A stretch of 52,650 nt of DNA from a bacterium (GTDB lineage Bacteria > Armatimonadota > JACIXR01): the NCBI GenBank assembly GCA_049970775.1, contig JBMFMH010000003.1, positions 1 to 52,650 of the forward strand, given 5' to 3'. The stretch's first letter is position 1. Each line of letters begins with the position of its first letter. A model generated the notes under the pieces. It ran no database searches, was not told the DNA's origin, and saw only the letters and a program-made list of their open reading frames with translations. The translations under genes and the position numbers were made by a program. This document shows, one piece after another, positions 38,863 through 50,200 of this stretch.

Positions 38863-40142
38863 AAAAAGTATTTGTTGGATTTCTCGGCTTCGGCACAGTT
38901 GGGCAAGGGGCAGTCCGCACCCTCCTCCAAAACAAAGAAGAAATCACGATGAAGACGGGAGTGGAGGTGGAAATCAAGAAAATCGCTGTTAAGCATCTGG
39001 ATAAGAAGCGAGATTTCTCGGTTCCCGCTCATTTGCTTACTGATGACCCTTACGAGGTCGTCAATGACCCCGGGATAGATATAGTTGTTGAGCTTATTGG
39101 CGGTTTGGAACCAGCTCGTTCCTTGATAAAGAAAGCCCTTGAAAACGGGAAAAATGTGGTAACAGCAAACAAAGAGGTTATAGCTCGCTACGGAGGGGAA
39201 TTGCTTCCTTATGCTGGGGAGAGAAAGCTTGACCTATATTTTGAGGGAGCGGTTGGCGGTGGTATCCCTATAGTTCGCCCGATGAAGATATGTCTCGCCG
39301 CTAACCGGATATATTCAGTAGTGGGCATTTTGAACGCAACGACAAATTACATCTTGACGAAAATGGCTGAGGAGAGATGGACATATCTTGATGCTCTCAA
39401 AGATGCGCAGGAAAGGGGATATGCGGAAGCTGACCCTACTTACGATGTTGAAGGGCTTGACGCTGCTTACAAAATCTCCATCTTAGCTTCCATCGCTTTC
39501 AACAGCAGGGTGAATGTGGACGAAGTATACAGAGAAGGCATAGCGAAAATCTCGCCGATAGATTTAGTTTATGCAGAGGAGTTGGGCTATGTTATCAAAC
39601 TCCTCGCAATCGCTAAGGAGGAGAACGGGATGCTCAGCATAAGGGTTCATCCAGCGCTAATACCTAAGCATCATCCCCTCGCCTCGGTGAGGGGTGTCAA
39701 TAACGCCATCCTCGTGCACGGTTCATCGGTTGGTAGAGTGATGTTTTATGGGGAAGGAGCTGGTTCTCTACCAACGGGTTCAGCGGTTGTGGGGGATATA
39801 ATTGATATCGTGAGGAACATTGCCTTCAATTGCACGGGTAGAATTTCCTGCACTTGTTTTCGGCAAATAGCCCAGAAGGACATAAGCGAAATCATTTCAA
39901 AATATTATCTTAGAATGAAAGTTAAGGACCAACCCGGTGTTTTAGCAGCAATAGCCACCTGCTTTGGGGAGGAAAAGGTGAGCATTGCTTCCGTTGTTCA
40001 GAAAAGACAGGTGAATAAGTCAGCGGAAATCGTGTGGATAACTCATCCCTCAAGGGAGGGAGCTTTGCGGGAAGCGTTGAAAAAAATTGAGGAACTCCCG
40101 GTAGTTGAGGAAATAAACATTGTTTTGAGGGCTGAAGAATGA
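38859..40142 (+). CDS. hom: Homoserine dehydrogenase with C-terminal ACT domain
   Basis: [28 protein letters not shown] and DQPGVL motifs. Confidence 0.97.
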   Translation: MKKVFVGFLGFGTVGQGAVRTLLQNKEEITMKTGVEVEIKKIAVKHLDKKRDFSVPAHLLTDDPYEVVNDPGIDIVVELIGGLEPARSLIKKALENGKNVVTANKEVIARYGGELLPYAGERKLDLYFEGAVGGGIPIVRPMKICLAANRIYSVVGILNATTNYILTKMAEERWTYLDALKDAQERGYAEADPTYDVEGLDAAYKISILASIAFNSRVNVDEVYREGIAKISPIDLVYAEELGYVIKLLAIAKEENGMLSIRVHPALIPKHHPLASVRGVNNAILVHGSSVGRVMFYGEGAGSLPTGSAVVGDIIDIVRNIAFNCTGRISCTCFRQIAQKDISEIISKYYLRMKVKDQPGVLAAIATCFGEEKVSIASVVQKRQVNKSAEIVWITHPSREGALREALKKIEELPVVEEINIVLRAEE

Positions 40143-41209
40143 ATTATAGGTGGCGAGGCGTAATAGAGGAATATAGAAAACACTTACCGGTAACGGAGAG
40201 AACCCCAGTTATAACCCTTTTAGAGGGCAACACACCCCTTATAGAAGCGCGCAATCTCGCGGATTACATCTCCCTTCCGCTGAAGCTCTTCTTAAAGTTT
40301 GAGGGGGCAAATCCCACAGGCTCCTTCAAGGATAGGGGGATGACCGTGGCTATCTCAAAGGCATTGGAGGAAGGTGCAAAAGCAGTTATCTGCGCCTCAA
40401 CAGGCAACACCTCCGCCTCTGCAGCTGCATATGCTGCCCGTGCTCGCATTCCAGCGATAGTCCTTATCCCTAAGGGGGCAATAGCATTGGGGAAACTGGC
40501 GCAGGCTCTCGTTTACAATGCGAGGGTTATAGCAATTGAAGGAAATTTTGACGATGCCCTACGGCTGGTGGTTGAGATTTGTAAAAAATATCCTGTGACC
40601 CTCGTCAATTCTTTAAATCCCTATCGCATAGAGGGACAGAAAACCGCCGCTTTTGAGATAAGCGATGTGCTCGGTGATGCTCCTAAATTTCACGCTATAC
40701 CCGTCGGTAATGCCGGAAACATAACAGCTTATTGGAAAGGCTACAAGGAATATCACAGGTTGGGCATCAACAAAAAACTCCCTAAAATGTTGGGATTTCA
40801 GGCGGCGGGAGCAGCGCCTATCGTTGAGGGACACCCAATAGAGAATCCCCAAACCATAGCCACGGCTATAAGAATTGGAAACCCCGCTTCCTGGCGGGGA
40901 GCAGTTCAAGCGAGAGACGAATCGGGTGGCTTGATAGATAAAGTGACCGATGAAGAGATAATAGAGGCTTATAAGCTCATCGCCTCATTGGAAGGAATTT
41001 TCTGCGAACCAGCTTCCGCTGCATCCGTTGCAGGAGTGATTAAAAAGCACAAGGAGGGTTATTTTAAGGGATACGAGGGAGAAACGATAGTTTGCACATT
41101 GACGGGACACGGTTTGAAAGACCCTCAACTTGCGGTTGATGTGGCGCCTGCATCCTTTCTCACCGCCCCACCCATTCTGGAGGAAGTGGTTAAGTTAATA
41201 GGCTTTTGA
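40139..41209 (+). CDS. thrC: Threonine synthase
   Basis: [25 protein letters not shown] and TGHGLKD motifs. Confidence 0.97.
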   Translation: MNYRWRGVIEEYRKHLPVTERTPVITLLEGNTPLIEARNLADYISLPLKLFLKFEGANPTGSFKDRGMTVAISKALEEGAKAVICASTGNTSASAAAYAARARIPAIVLIPKGAIALGKLAQALVYNARVIAIEGNFDDALRLVVEICKKYPVTLVNSLNPYRIEGQKTAAFEISDVLGDAPKFHAIPVGNAGNITAYWKGYKEYHRLGINKKLPKMLGFQAAGAAPIVEGHPIENPQTIATAIRIGNPASWRGAVQARDESGGLIDKVTDEEIIEAYKLIASLEGIFCEPASAASVAGVIKKHKEGYFKGYEGETIVCTLTGHGLKDPQLAVDVAPASFLTAPPILEEVVKLIGF

Positions 41210-42238
41210 GCTGAATAGAGAGGAAACTATCCCCTTGATTATCTCCACTTGATGAACTATATCCTCCAAAACCACATACTCCTCGCCTGAATGCGATATC
41301 TTCGGCTCACCAGCGCCCAAGACCACAACCTCGCTCCCCCTCTCCTGAAAACGAGAAGCCTCAGACCAACCGGGTGGGGATATTTCCCGTTCATAACCCA
41401 AGATTTCCCTTGCTACCTCCCTCGCCAATCTGGCAAGAGGAGAGAAAATCTCCGCTCTTAAAGGATTTTCCACTCTTAATATGCGATATGACACATCCAT
41501 CCAACGGGGATTTTTCAACACGCTATCCAAAATTCGCAATGCCCAGGTTGAATCCCTATCAAGCGGTAATGGAACCGCAATTGTTGAATGACACCTCTCG
41601 GGCAAACGCAAAAAGCTCTCCCCTCCCTTCATCCCCACTAATACGAAAGGCAAACGCTCCTTTAAATCGTTAAGAAAAACCATCATCTCTTCAATTGAAT
41701 TGATGCCGGAAAGGGGGAAGGAAACCGGTGTGGATAAGCCATAACAATAAATTTCCAGCAGCAGAAGTCCGGGATGCTCGGTAACAACAGACAAATTAGT
41801 CGGTTCACCTATGATTGCCCAACGAGGAGAGTAACCCTCCTGGAAAACTTTCCTCAATCCTTCACCTCTCTCCTCGCTATCGCTCGTTATCAGGATATCT
41901 ACGCTGCCTCTTTCTATTTTCCCCTTCATTTTCCTAAAAGCCTCAATCATCGCAACCACGGAGGCTTTATCACAAACGCCGAGCCCGTATGCCTTCCCTT
42001 CCTCTTCCCTATAGAAAGGTTGAGAAAGAGCGTAAGGTGGTGTTGTATCTATGTGGCAGAATAAGCATAGGGAGGGCTCCCCTACACCGATGCGTGAGAA
42101 AAGAAAGGGAGCGCTTTCTCCAACAATAGTAGTTTCCAACCCTTCTTCTTTCAATTGCTGTTCCAAGAGGCGAATTACCTCGCCTGTATCATCCCAATGG
42201 CGAACAAGTTCGCTAAGAAGAGAGAAGATATCCATCAT
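41195..42238 (-). CDS. M20/ArgE/DapE family metallohydrolase
   Basis: HIDT, GLGVCDK, SEE, GEPT and a late His (HSGEE). Confidence 0.8.
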   Translation of the reverse strand: MMDIFSLLSELVRHWDDTGEVIRLLEQQLKEEGLETTIVGESAPFLFSRIGVGEPSLCLFCHIDTTPPYALSQPFYREEEGKAYGLGVCDKASVVAMIEAFRKMKGKIERGSVDILITSDSEERGEGLRKVFQEGYSPRWAIIGEPTNLSVVTEHPGLLLLEIYCYGLSTPVSFPLSGINSIEEMMVFLNDLKERLPFVLVGMKGGESFLRLPERCHSTIAVPLPLDRDSTWALRILDSVLKNPRWMDVSYRILRVENPLRAEIFSPLARLAREVAREILGYEREISPPGWSEASRFQERGSEVVVLGAGEPKISHSGEEYVVLEDIVHQVEIIKGIVSSLFSSKAY

Positions 42239-43559
42239 TTTCCCCTATCACTTTTTTTATGTTCTCAAGGAGGTAGAATGTCAACTCTTCTACTACTTTC
42301 TCTTCCTCCCCTTCTACCATTATACGAAGCTTGTTCTCCGTTCCGGATGCCCTAACAAGAATCCTTACCTTCCCTCCAGATGATATCCTCGCCTTCTCCA
42401 CTATCTCTCTTACGCTCTCATCTTTCTCCCATTTCTTCGCTTCTTTTGTGCTTATATTAACGAGCTTCTGAGGGAAAATTTTGTAATTTCTTAATTCCGA
42501 TAGGGGTTTCCCCTTTTCCAACATAATTTCAATCAACTTTATCGCTGTCAGCAATCCATCGCCAGTGGGAAGATGGTCAAAGAGAATTATATGACCAGAT
42601 TGCTCTCCCCCTAAGTTGGCTCCTATTTCCTTCATCTTGTCCGCCACATATTTATCCCCTATCTGCACCCGAACAACATCAATGCCACGCTCCCTGAGGG
42701 CTAACTCAATTCCTCTATTAGTCATATGGGTTGTAACGACAGGACCTTTCAAAATTCCTTTATCTTTCATATAGGTGGCAAGTATGCAGAGGGCGCCATC
42801 TCCTTGGATTATCTCCCCTTTTTCATCTGAAAATATCACCCTATCTCCATCACCATCTAAGGAAAACCCAAGATGAGCTCCGCTCTCAATGACTTTCCTT
42901 GCCATTTCTTGAGGATGGACTGCACCGCATCCCTCGTTAATGTTTCTTCCATTAGGTTTTCCATTGAGAAGGATTACATTCGCATCAAGCTCACTGAAGA
43001 GGAGTGGCGCTAACTCATATCCAGCGCCATTAGCGGAGTCAATCACTATTCTCAAGCCTTTAAAGCTGCGAGTTGCCTTTCCTAAGAGAAAATTCTTGTA
43101 GCTCTCTGCTCCTTCAGCAAAATTTATCCTTCTCCCTATCTCGCTGGGGGGAGCAAGGTGGAAATCTTTTTCCCATAATTTTTTTTCTATCTCTTCCTCC
43201 AAAACCTCCGATAGCTTGAAACCGTCTCTATTAAAAAGCTTTATTCCGTTCTCATAAAAAGGATTGTGAGAAGCGGAAATCACGCCACCCCATTTCCCCC
43301 TTGATAATGATAGATAGGCTATGCCGGGAGTAGTTATGACGCCTACCTCCCACACATCCATTCCGGATGCACAGAGACCGGAGGAAAAAGCAGATTCAAT
43401 CATATCGCTAGATAATCTGGTGTCTTTTCCCAAGATTATTTCCCTACCACTATTCCTTAAAACGCTTCCCGCTGCTAAACCAAGCATTACAACGAAATCG
43501 GGAGTGAGGTCATCATTCGCTCTGCCCCGAACACCATCAGTTCCGAAAAGCTTACCCAC
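42213..43559 (-). CDS. glmM: Phosphoglucosamine mutase
   Basis: FGTDGVRG, ISASHNP, DGDGDR, GGEQSGH and RASGTE motifs. Start probably GTG 43559. Confidence 0.96.
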   Translation of the reverse strand: MGKLFGTDGVRGRANDDLTPDFVVMLGLAAGSVLRNSGREIILGKDTRLSSDMIESAFSSGLCASGMDVWEVGVITTPGIAYLSLSRGKWGGVISASHNPFYENGIKLFNRDGFKLSEVLEEEIEKKLWEKDFHLAPPSEIGRRINFAEGAESYKNFLLGKATRSFKGLRIVIDSANGAGYELAPLLFSELDANVILLNGKPNGRNINEGCGAVHPQEMARKVIESGAHLGFSLDGDGDRVIFSDEKGEIIQGDGALCILATYMKDKGILKGPVVTTHMTNRGIELALRERGIDVVRVQIGDKYVADKMKEIGANLGGEQSGHIILFDHLPTGDGLLTAIKLIEIMLEKGKPLSELRNYKIFPQKLVNISTKEAKKWEKDESVREIVEKARISSGGKVRILVRASGTENKLRIMVEGEEEKVVEELTFYLLENIKKVIGENDGYLLSS

Positions 43560-44472
43560 TACTACCACTCCCTATCGTCAACTTGACCGATACGGTTTTC
43601 CTATCAAGGATGCTAACTCTATCGGGTTTCACCAGCTTCACCTCCAAAGAACAGGAGGATTCAATATTGGATAAATCAATCTTTTCCGTCTTTATACTAT
43701 CCAGTCCAGCCAAAACCGTATTTGGACCGCTTATGGCTACCACCGAGGGATAAACCTCCACTTTCGTCAGAATAAGATTATTCGGCAAGCTTCCCGCAAA
43801 GTCAGGGACAACGGGAACGACTTTTACCGCTTTTGAAACATAAAAGTTAATAGTGACTTTTACTAATGGAGGAATAACTCTTACATTCTGCATAGGTTTA
43901 TTTTCCCTATCCATAATCAAGACAGGGAGCGTGTAATCCCCTTCCCCTCTTCCTAAATCCACCAAAACATTGGCACTCGCTACCTCGCTTCTTTTGGATA
44001 AAGGATAATACACAGAGACATTTTGCGGATTGAGATATATTGCTTTTAATGCAAATCCCTCGGGCGGTGGAGAGGTAATAATCGGCTGAACAGCCATCTG
44101 TTGGGAGACTATCTTATCAATCACAACCTTTATCCTATGGGGTTTGTAGGAGACATTCAAACCTCTTGGGGCGGAAACCCTCACGCTGACGCTGTGAATT
44201 CCAACATCTTTCCCCTCAAGCGATATGCTTGCCCTTATGGAGTTAGGGCTGATTTGCTCTATTCTCTTCTTTGCTCCTCTAATTGTGATATTCAAGGTAG
44301 GTAAATGGGAGGTTATGATAAGACCTGGAGCAAGCCCCTTGATTTCTATTTCCTTCCTTATCACCTGAGTTATTATAGGATTCTCTTGACTATGCACATA
44401 AATCCAAAGGAAAAGGGCGGAAAAGAAGGCGAAGAGTTTCTGTCCCCAGTTATGCTTTAGCCTTGCCAACAT
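43552..44472 (-). CDS. cdaR: CdaR/YbbR-repeat regulator of diadenylate cyclase
   Basis: N-terminal TM (K.FA..SA..LW.YV), three YbbR-like repeats, and position between cdaA and glmM. Confidence 0.85.
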   Translation of the reverse strand: MLARLKHNWGQKLFAFFSALFLWIYVHSQENPIITQVIRKEIEIKGLAPGLIITSHLPTLNITIRGAKKRIEQISPNSIRASISLEGKDVGIHSVSVRVSAPRGLNVSYKPHRIKVVIDKIVSQQMAVQPIITSPPPEGFALKAIYLNPQNVSVYYPLSKRSEVASANVLVDLGRGEGDYTLPVLIMDRENKPMQNVRVIPPLVKVTINFYVSKAVKVVPVVPDFAGSLPNNLILTKVEVYPSVVAISGPNTVLAGLDSIKTEKIDLSNIESSCSLEVKLVKPDRVSILDRKTVSVKLTIGSGSSG

Positions 44473-45268
44473 TTTTTTCCTCCTTGAAGAAGAGGGAACG
44501 CAGGATTTCCCTTAATTGCTCCTCATTTATATCTTGTTTCAAGATTCCCTCATAGGCAAGGCTCACCGCACCAGTTTCCTCAGAAACGATTATTACCACC
44601 GCATCCGTTAGCTCTGATAACCCAAGTCCCGCTCTATGGCGTGTATGGAGATTTTCACCCACTTCTTCCTTGCTGGACAAAGGAAGAACACAGCTGGCGG
44701 CAACGATTCTATTACCTCTGATCAATATCGCTCCGTCGTGGAGAGGATTTCCGGGATAGAAAATAGATTCGACTAAACGAGAGGATAATTGCGCATCTAT
44801 TGGGATGCTTTGGTAAATGTAATCGTCAACCCTGGCTTGCCTTTCTAGAACTAACAATGCACCCACCCTCTTAGCTGAGAGGGATTTAACAGCCCTGATG
44901 ATTTCCTCTAATATCGCTAATTGAGGACGTTTTTCCCCGAAAAAAAGGCGTGGGCGTCCCGCCCATACACCAAATTTACCCAATTCTTCCAAGAGGGTGC
45001 GCATCTCCGGATAGAACAGTATTACCAGTGCTACGGGTAGAAGCATTACGAAGCGGTCAAGGACCCAGCTGACGGTGCGCAAGTCCAAAAGATGGCAGAT
45101 ATACAAGAGGATGAAGAAAACGAGCAAACCCTGCATAATAAGCCATCCCCTCGTTCCCTTCGCCAAAACCATCAATTCATAGATTATGAAGGAGATTATC
45201 CCCAGGTCCAAAAGGGATGTTATTATCTCATAAGCGTTTAGACCATTGGGGAAAAGCCAATCCAACAT
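44450..45268 (-). CDS. cdaA: Diadenylate cyclase CdaA (DacA)
   Basis: Three N-terminal TM helices; LHDGA, TRHRA and VSEETG motifs. Confidence 0.96.
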   Translation of the reverse strand: MLDWLFPNGLNAYEIITSLLDLGIISFIIYELMVLAKGTRGWLIMQGLLVFFILLYICHLLDLRTVSWVLDRFVMLLPVALVILFYPEMRTLLEELGKFGVWAGRPRLFFGEKRPQLAILEEIIRAVKSLSAKRVGALLVLERQARVDDYIYQSIPIDAQLSSRLVESIFYPGNPLHDGAILIRGNRIVAASCVLPLSSKEEVGENLHTRHRAGLGLSELTDAVVIIVSEETGAVSLAYEGILKQDINEEQLREILRSLFFKEEKNVGKAKA

Positions 45269-45271
45269 TTT

Positions 45272-45940
45272 TTAAAAGAGGTTCAGTTGCTCCCCTCCCT
45301 CTTCAGGAGGAGGAATTACGAGCTTTTCTTCCGCTTCCTCAGCGGTGCTCTCCGCCTTCCTTCTCGCCTCGGCGATGTCTTCCGAGAGTAACCAGCGAAG
45401 TTCGTCAAAAGCTCTCCCCGGTTGTCGCAGAACATATGCTGGATGATAAGTAGCTATTACAAAGGGAGCGTATATCGTCTTGAACCATATCCCTCTTTCC
45501 TCTGTCATCTTAAACGCTTTATGAATCACCACCTCCGCGGAGGGAGCTCCCAAGCAAACGATGACCTTCGGCTTTATTATTGATAACTCCTCTTCAAGCC
45601 ATTTCTTGCAAGCTTGCACCTCTTGGGGACGAGGTGGACGATTACGAACGCTATCCCCTTCCCTTATCGTTGCCCTACATCTGATGATATTAGTTATCCA
45701 TACCTCTTCCCTCGTTAAACCATTCTCTAAGAGAACCTCCTCAAGCAATTTTCCTGCCCTTCCTACGAAGGGACGCCCCTGCAAGTCCTCGTTCTCACCC
45801 GGTCCCTCCCCAACGAATACAATCTTTGCATCTATATTCCCTTCCCCCACGACGACATTGGTGCGTGTTTCCCAGAGAGGACAATCCTTGCAAGCGAGAA
45901 CCCTCCGCTTATATTCAAGGAATTTTTCCCACTTATTCAT
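45272..45940 (-). CDS. Uracil-DNA glycosylase, family 4
   Basis: CKDC, GEGPG, GRPFVG.AG, NRPP and YHPAY.LR motifs. Confidence 0.93.
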   Translation of the reverse strand: MNKWEKFLEYKRRVLACKDCPLWETRTNVVVGEGNIDAKIVFVGEGPGENEDLQGRPFVGRAGKLLEEVLLENGLTREEVWITNIIRCRATIREGDSVRNRPPRPQEVQACKKWLEEELSIIKPKVIVCLGAPSAEVVIHKAFKMTEERGIWFKTIYAPFVIATYHPAYVLRQPGRAFDELRWLLSEDIAEARRKAESTAEEAEEKLVIPPPEEGGEQLNLF

Positions 45941-46422
45941 CTCCGTTTATCCAATACCCTTTTTAAAGTTTCGTAAGTGGAGGATAAGCTCTGAGGAATA
46001 ACCTTAGTGTCACCGATAACGGGCATAAAATTAGTATCACCTTCCCAGCGAGGGACGATATGGAGATGGATGTGGTCAGGAACACCGGCTCCTGCAACCT
46101 TGCCTATATTCATACCTATGTTAAATCCATCGCAATTCAAGGCTTCCTTCAAAACATCTAACAGAAGGGTTAACGCCTGCATAATCTCAAGCTTTTCTTC
46201 CTCGCTCATTTCGTTAAGGGAAGGGGTGTGCCTATATGGGGCAATCATAAGATGCCCGTTGTTGTAGGGATAGATATTCAGCACAGCGAAACAGCTCTTA
46301 CCTCGCCATAAAACGAGGTTTTCTTTATCATCGCCGTGGATTTTCTGACAAAAAATACATTTCTCATTCTTTTCTTGTCCGGTCACATATGCTGACCTCC
46401 AAGGTGCCCAAAGTATCTTCAT
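45937..46422 (-). CDS. HIT-family nucleotide hydrolase/phosphorylase (Rv2613c/Ap4A phosphorylase-like)
   Basis: LWAPWR, CIFC, YPYNNGH and HIHLHIVPRW.GD.NFM motifs. Confidence 0.9.
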   Translation of the reverse strand: MKILWAPWRSAYVTGQEKNEKCIFCQKIHGDDKENLVLWRGKSCFAVLNIYPYNNGHLMIAPYRHTPSLNEMSEEEKLEIMQALTLLLDVLKEALNCDGFNIGMNIGKVAGAGVPDHIHLHIVPRWEGDTNFMPVIGDTKVIPQSLSSTYETLKRVLDKRR

Positions 46423-46432
46423 TATAGAATTT

Positions 46433-46461
46433 ATATTACCTCAAAATGCCCCAGATGTCAA
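46433..46461 (-). promoter_or_regulatory. Putative promoter of the HIT-udg-cdaA operon
   Basis: TTGACA-17-TAATAT, 10 nt before the ATG. Confidence 0.6.
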
Positions 46462-47256
46462 TTAACTACCGGATATTCGGATGTTTCCTTTAGAACCCCA
46501 TCTAAGCAAATAACTTGCCTTTAGAGAAGCTCCAAGCTCCGTGATGTCTCCATCTAAAAAACCCAAAAAGAAGACGAGGTTTCCCCCTCCTCCCTCAAGA
46601 AGGAAGATATTTTGTGCCTGTGGTTCACATTTTATTCTCTCTATCCAAACAGCATCTTTCCCCCTTAGAAAGATTAGAAATGGCTTATTCAAATTCATCG
46701 GTTCAAATTTAGACTCCCAACATCTTCCAATCACATTCCCCATATTCTCCGATAAAATACCATCTAATCCGTTCACAATCCACTGCCTAACCGAGGGCAC
46801 AGTGAAAATCTGAGCTAAGAAAGCGGATACTTTTCTCGCCTTCGCGCGTGGCGTGAGTTCTATCTCTATTTCAAGCTCCCTCCCCTTGCCAACCTTATAT
46901 TTAACCTTGTAGTCAATCGGGTCGGCTATCTTTCCATCCTTCCTCTTTAGCTCGCCCTCAGCTATTGCGGTTACCGCCGCATCTCCCCTTTCAATCCTCA
47001 TCCTTCCCTCTTTTTCCTCTTTACTGCCCACATATCCTCTTTCATAGATTCCCCAATCGGTGTATATATGGAAATCGCTGAATATAATCCCGTAATCTTT
47101 GTCCTCAAGCTTATCCGCTAACCATCCCCTCGTTTTAGAAAGATGAAGGGAAAAGAATTCGTTACCAATTGAAACCTCTTCCTTTTCCTCTTTAACCCAC
47201 ACCGGCTTTGCGAGGGAAAGGAAACATAGGATAAGGCAAAAGAGTATCTTTTTCAT
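46462..47256 (-). CDS. Secreted hypothetical protein homologous to the C-terminal domains of the upstream GH13 protein
   Basis: Signal peptide; shares IY.D.GIY, AFLAQ, GR.WES and N.FL...G.GN...F..FLDG with aa ~1160-1397 of its neighbour. Confidence 0.75.
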   Translation of the reverse strand: MKKILFCLILCFLSLAKPVWVKEEKEEVSIGNEFFSLHLSKTRGWLADKLEDKDYGIIFSDFHIYTDWGIYERGYVGSKEEKEGRMRIERGDAAVTAIAEGELKRKDGKIADPIDYKVKYKVGKGRELEIEIELTPRAKARKVSAFLAQIFTVPSVRQWIVNGLDGILSENMGNVIGRCWESKFEPMNLNKPFLIFLRGKDAVWIERIKCEPQAQNIFLLEGGGGNLVFFLGFLDGDITELGASLKASYLLRWGSKGNIRISGS

Positions 47257-50200
47257 TTATCCATCACCCCTAACTCGTAAGAGAACCTATACCATCTCGG
47301 TTCTATTTTCGCTTCTCCATCCAAGAAAGCGAAGAAAATCGTTATATTTCCGTTTCCTGAATTATAAAGGAAGAGATTACCGTTCTCTGGAATCTCTATG
47401 TTTTTTATCTCCACTTTCTCTTTCTCACCCACGAGCTCTATATTGGCTTCACTCAATTTGTGTTTCAAGCTTTCCCACACTCTTCCTATTTGAGAAAGAG
47501 GGATTTCCCTTCCATCTACCAAGCAGGAGGATATCCCTTTAAAGTTCAACCTTTGGGCGAGAAAAGCGACGCTTTCTTTGTTCACAAATGGACGCACTTG
47601 AACGCTCGCTTTTATATGAGATGTAGCGCTGGGAAATTCGTAAACGCACTCGTATTCAACCAATGGACGAGCGACATTGTTCCACCCGCTATTAGCTTCT
47701 CGCAGGAAGCTATGCGTTTTTAGGAAAAGGCTTTCCCCGTTCCTTTCCATTCTTATCTCCGCTTCAGGGTCATTATTGGATGTTCCAACGAGGGGAAAGG
47801 CGTTGCCGAGCGAATCGTGATATTCTCCGTATATCCCTCTATCGGAGTATATTTCACTCCCCTGTAGTAGGCTCTCATCGTGCAAATAGAATCCCTTAAG
47901 ATTTCCGCTTCTTCTTGTTAACACAGCGTAACAATTCCCCATCTTCACTATGTAATCCGCCCCATCGCATTCAACCTTAGGCGGAATCTTTACCTCCTTC
48001 CCTAAATAAGGGAGTTTTCCTTTACCGATAAACAACGAGTATTCAATCTCGTAGCTTTCCTTCGGGGAGATTTTCCAACCCTTTTTCCCATCAGCCATAG
48101 CCAAAAGGAAATGAAAGCCTAAATCTCTAATCCTTTCACGAATGTAAATATTTTCGGGCAGTTTAGCAAAGGAGGGAAGGAGGAGAAGAAGATATTCATC
48201 TTTTCTGAAGGCACATAGGAAAGGTTTGTAGGGATTTAGCGGCAATCGGGCGGCATCGTAAGGAAATAGAGTATGCCAATACCTTCCTCCTTTCCCTTCC
48301 TTGTAATGGCGGATAAAGAAGGTATCATACAGCACGCCTTCAAAGCTATTGACGAGAAAGTGGTCTATTTCTTTTAGCTTTAACCAGTGCCAAAGCTCTC
48401 CCTTAACGGTTCCTAAATCACGCTTGGGCTTGAGCCTCAATTTAACATCTATTCTGTTGCTATTTGAAAAGCGATAGCCGATTTCGTAGCTAGCCCATTC
48501 AGTTGCACCGACAAACTCCAAATAGAGCTCTTCCTCCTTCCTCTTCGCTACCATTTTTGTCTTCCCCTCGCTTGCTTTAAAACTATCCCCTATCCCTATC
48601 CTTCTTCTTCCCTCCTCCCATTCCATATATTCAAGCAAGTTATCTCCACCCCTCAGGGAGAGGCTTTTGATTAGCCCGCTCCTCTTATCTATTACAGCTT
48701 GATATATGCCATTTTCCACTTCGATTTTTTCTCCTTTCTCACTGGAAGAAGGAACCCCGTTGGATTTAGGAACTTGCTCACATTGGGGAATCGATAACGG
48801 CTTAGAAGGGACGAACATCCTTTCTTTCCTCACCAAAACAATCGCTGGTGAATAGGGCTTTATCTTCAGTTTAAATGTTAACTTACCATTTTTGAACCCT
48901 CCCTTTAATTCTTTGCCCTCAAATGCTTCATAAAGGAATATATTTTTAAAGGATGGGAGGAAACGCTGAGAAAGGGAAAGCTGGACATCCTCCTCTTTAC
49001 CGCCCATATTTATCGCCACAATAGCCAACCTATCTTTGAAAGCTCTCAAACAAGTGAAGATGCCTTTTCTATCGCATTCAACGGCTAAATAATGGGCTTC
49101 TCCTATGGATAATTCCTCGTTGCTTTTTCTTATGCTGTAAAGATGCTTTAGGAAGGGACCACGACCGATATCTCCGTCGTGGTAGACCATTGGTGCTCCC
49201 TCTATGAGAGCGCAGAGAGCCAAAAAAGAATTGAATGTTCCATTCCCCTGTAAACCAGCGAAGCGGACAGTGTCATGGCTTTCCACGAAGCGCATAAGCG
49301 TTGCTCCTTTAGGATAAGCATATTTTTGGTATTCCAACCACTCTTGGAGGTCCCTAATCCATTCCTCCCTGTTATTCTGGGAGTAATTTTGACAGATGAA
49401 AAGAAAGGGGAAATCGTAAACGACATCGCTATAGCGGAAGAACCAGGGACCTGTTGCCTCCGGCAGAAGCATAACCTCCTTTTTGTATTTCCGCATTTCC
49501 TCTCTTGACTTAGCTAAAATCTGTAGACCTCCCCAAAGCCCCGATAAGGTTGGACGATGGGGAGAATTCGGGTCCCAATTCGCTGGTCCGCCGCCAGCAC
49601 AATCCACTCTATACCCATCTATATCCAATTTTCTAACCCAATACGCTGAGTGCTCAGCCATATACCTCTGCCAGGCTTCGCTGGCATAATCGCAAGAGAG
49701 ACAACCCCACCAATAGAGCACATTCCCTTTTGCATCTCTGGACACCGCTTGAGGAAGCTTTTCTAAAAGTCCTGATTCCTCCCTTGGACCATGAGGAATT
49801 AAGTCAAACAACACCTTTATCCCGAGCTTGTGAGCCATTTGAACAAACCTCTTTGCCGCCTCTTCCCCTCCCAGTGCCTCCTCAATCTTATAGTAGTCCA
49901 CAGGTCCATAAAGACCCGGCCAAACAGGAAGAAGCCAGAGCACATTGAAACCAAGGTCTGCCAAGTGGGGTAGATAATGGGAGAAATTATCAAATCCACC
50001 CACATCTTGTAGTCCGCTATCTATCGTTCCGCCGGGATAAGCTGAATAAATTATCGCCTTTCTCGCCCAATCCGGTCTATCTTTCGGTGGTGTTAAGCCG
50101 ATGACATCATATACTTCCTGCTCCTTCCTCAAAGCTTCGGCTAAATCCCCCTGGACAATCCTTATGAACTGTGTTCCTCCCGCTAATTCCCTTCTCTTAC

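Noticed and set aside
45272-45940. UdgX (covalent uracil-binding UDG)
   Set aside because: It lacks the KRRIH loop.
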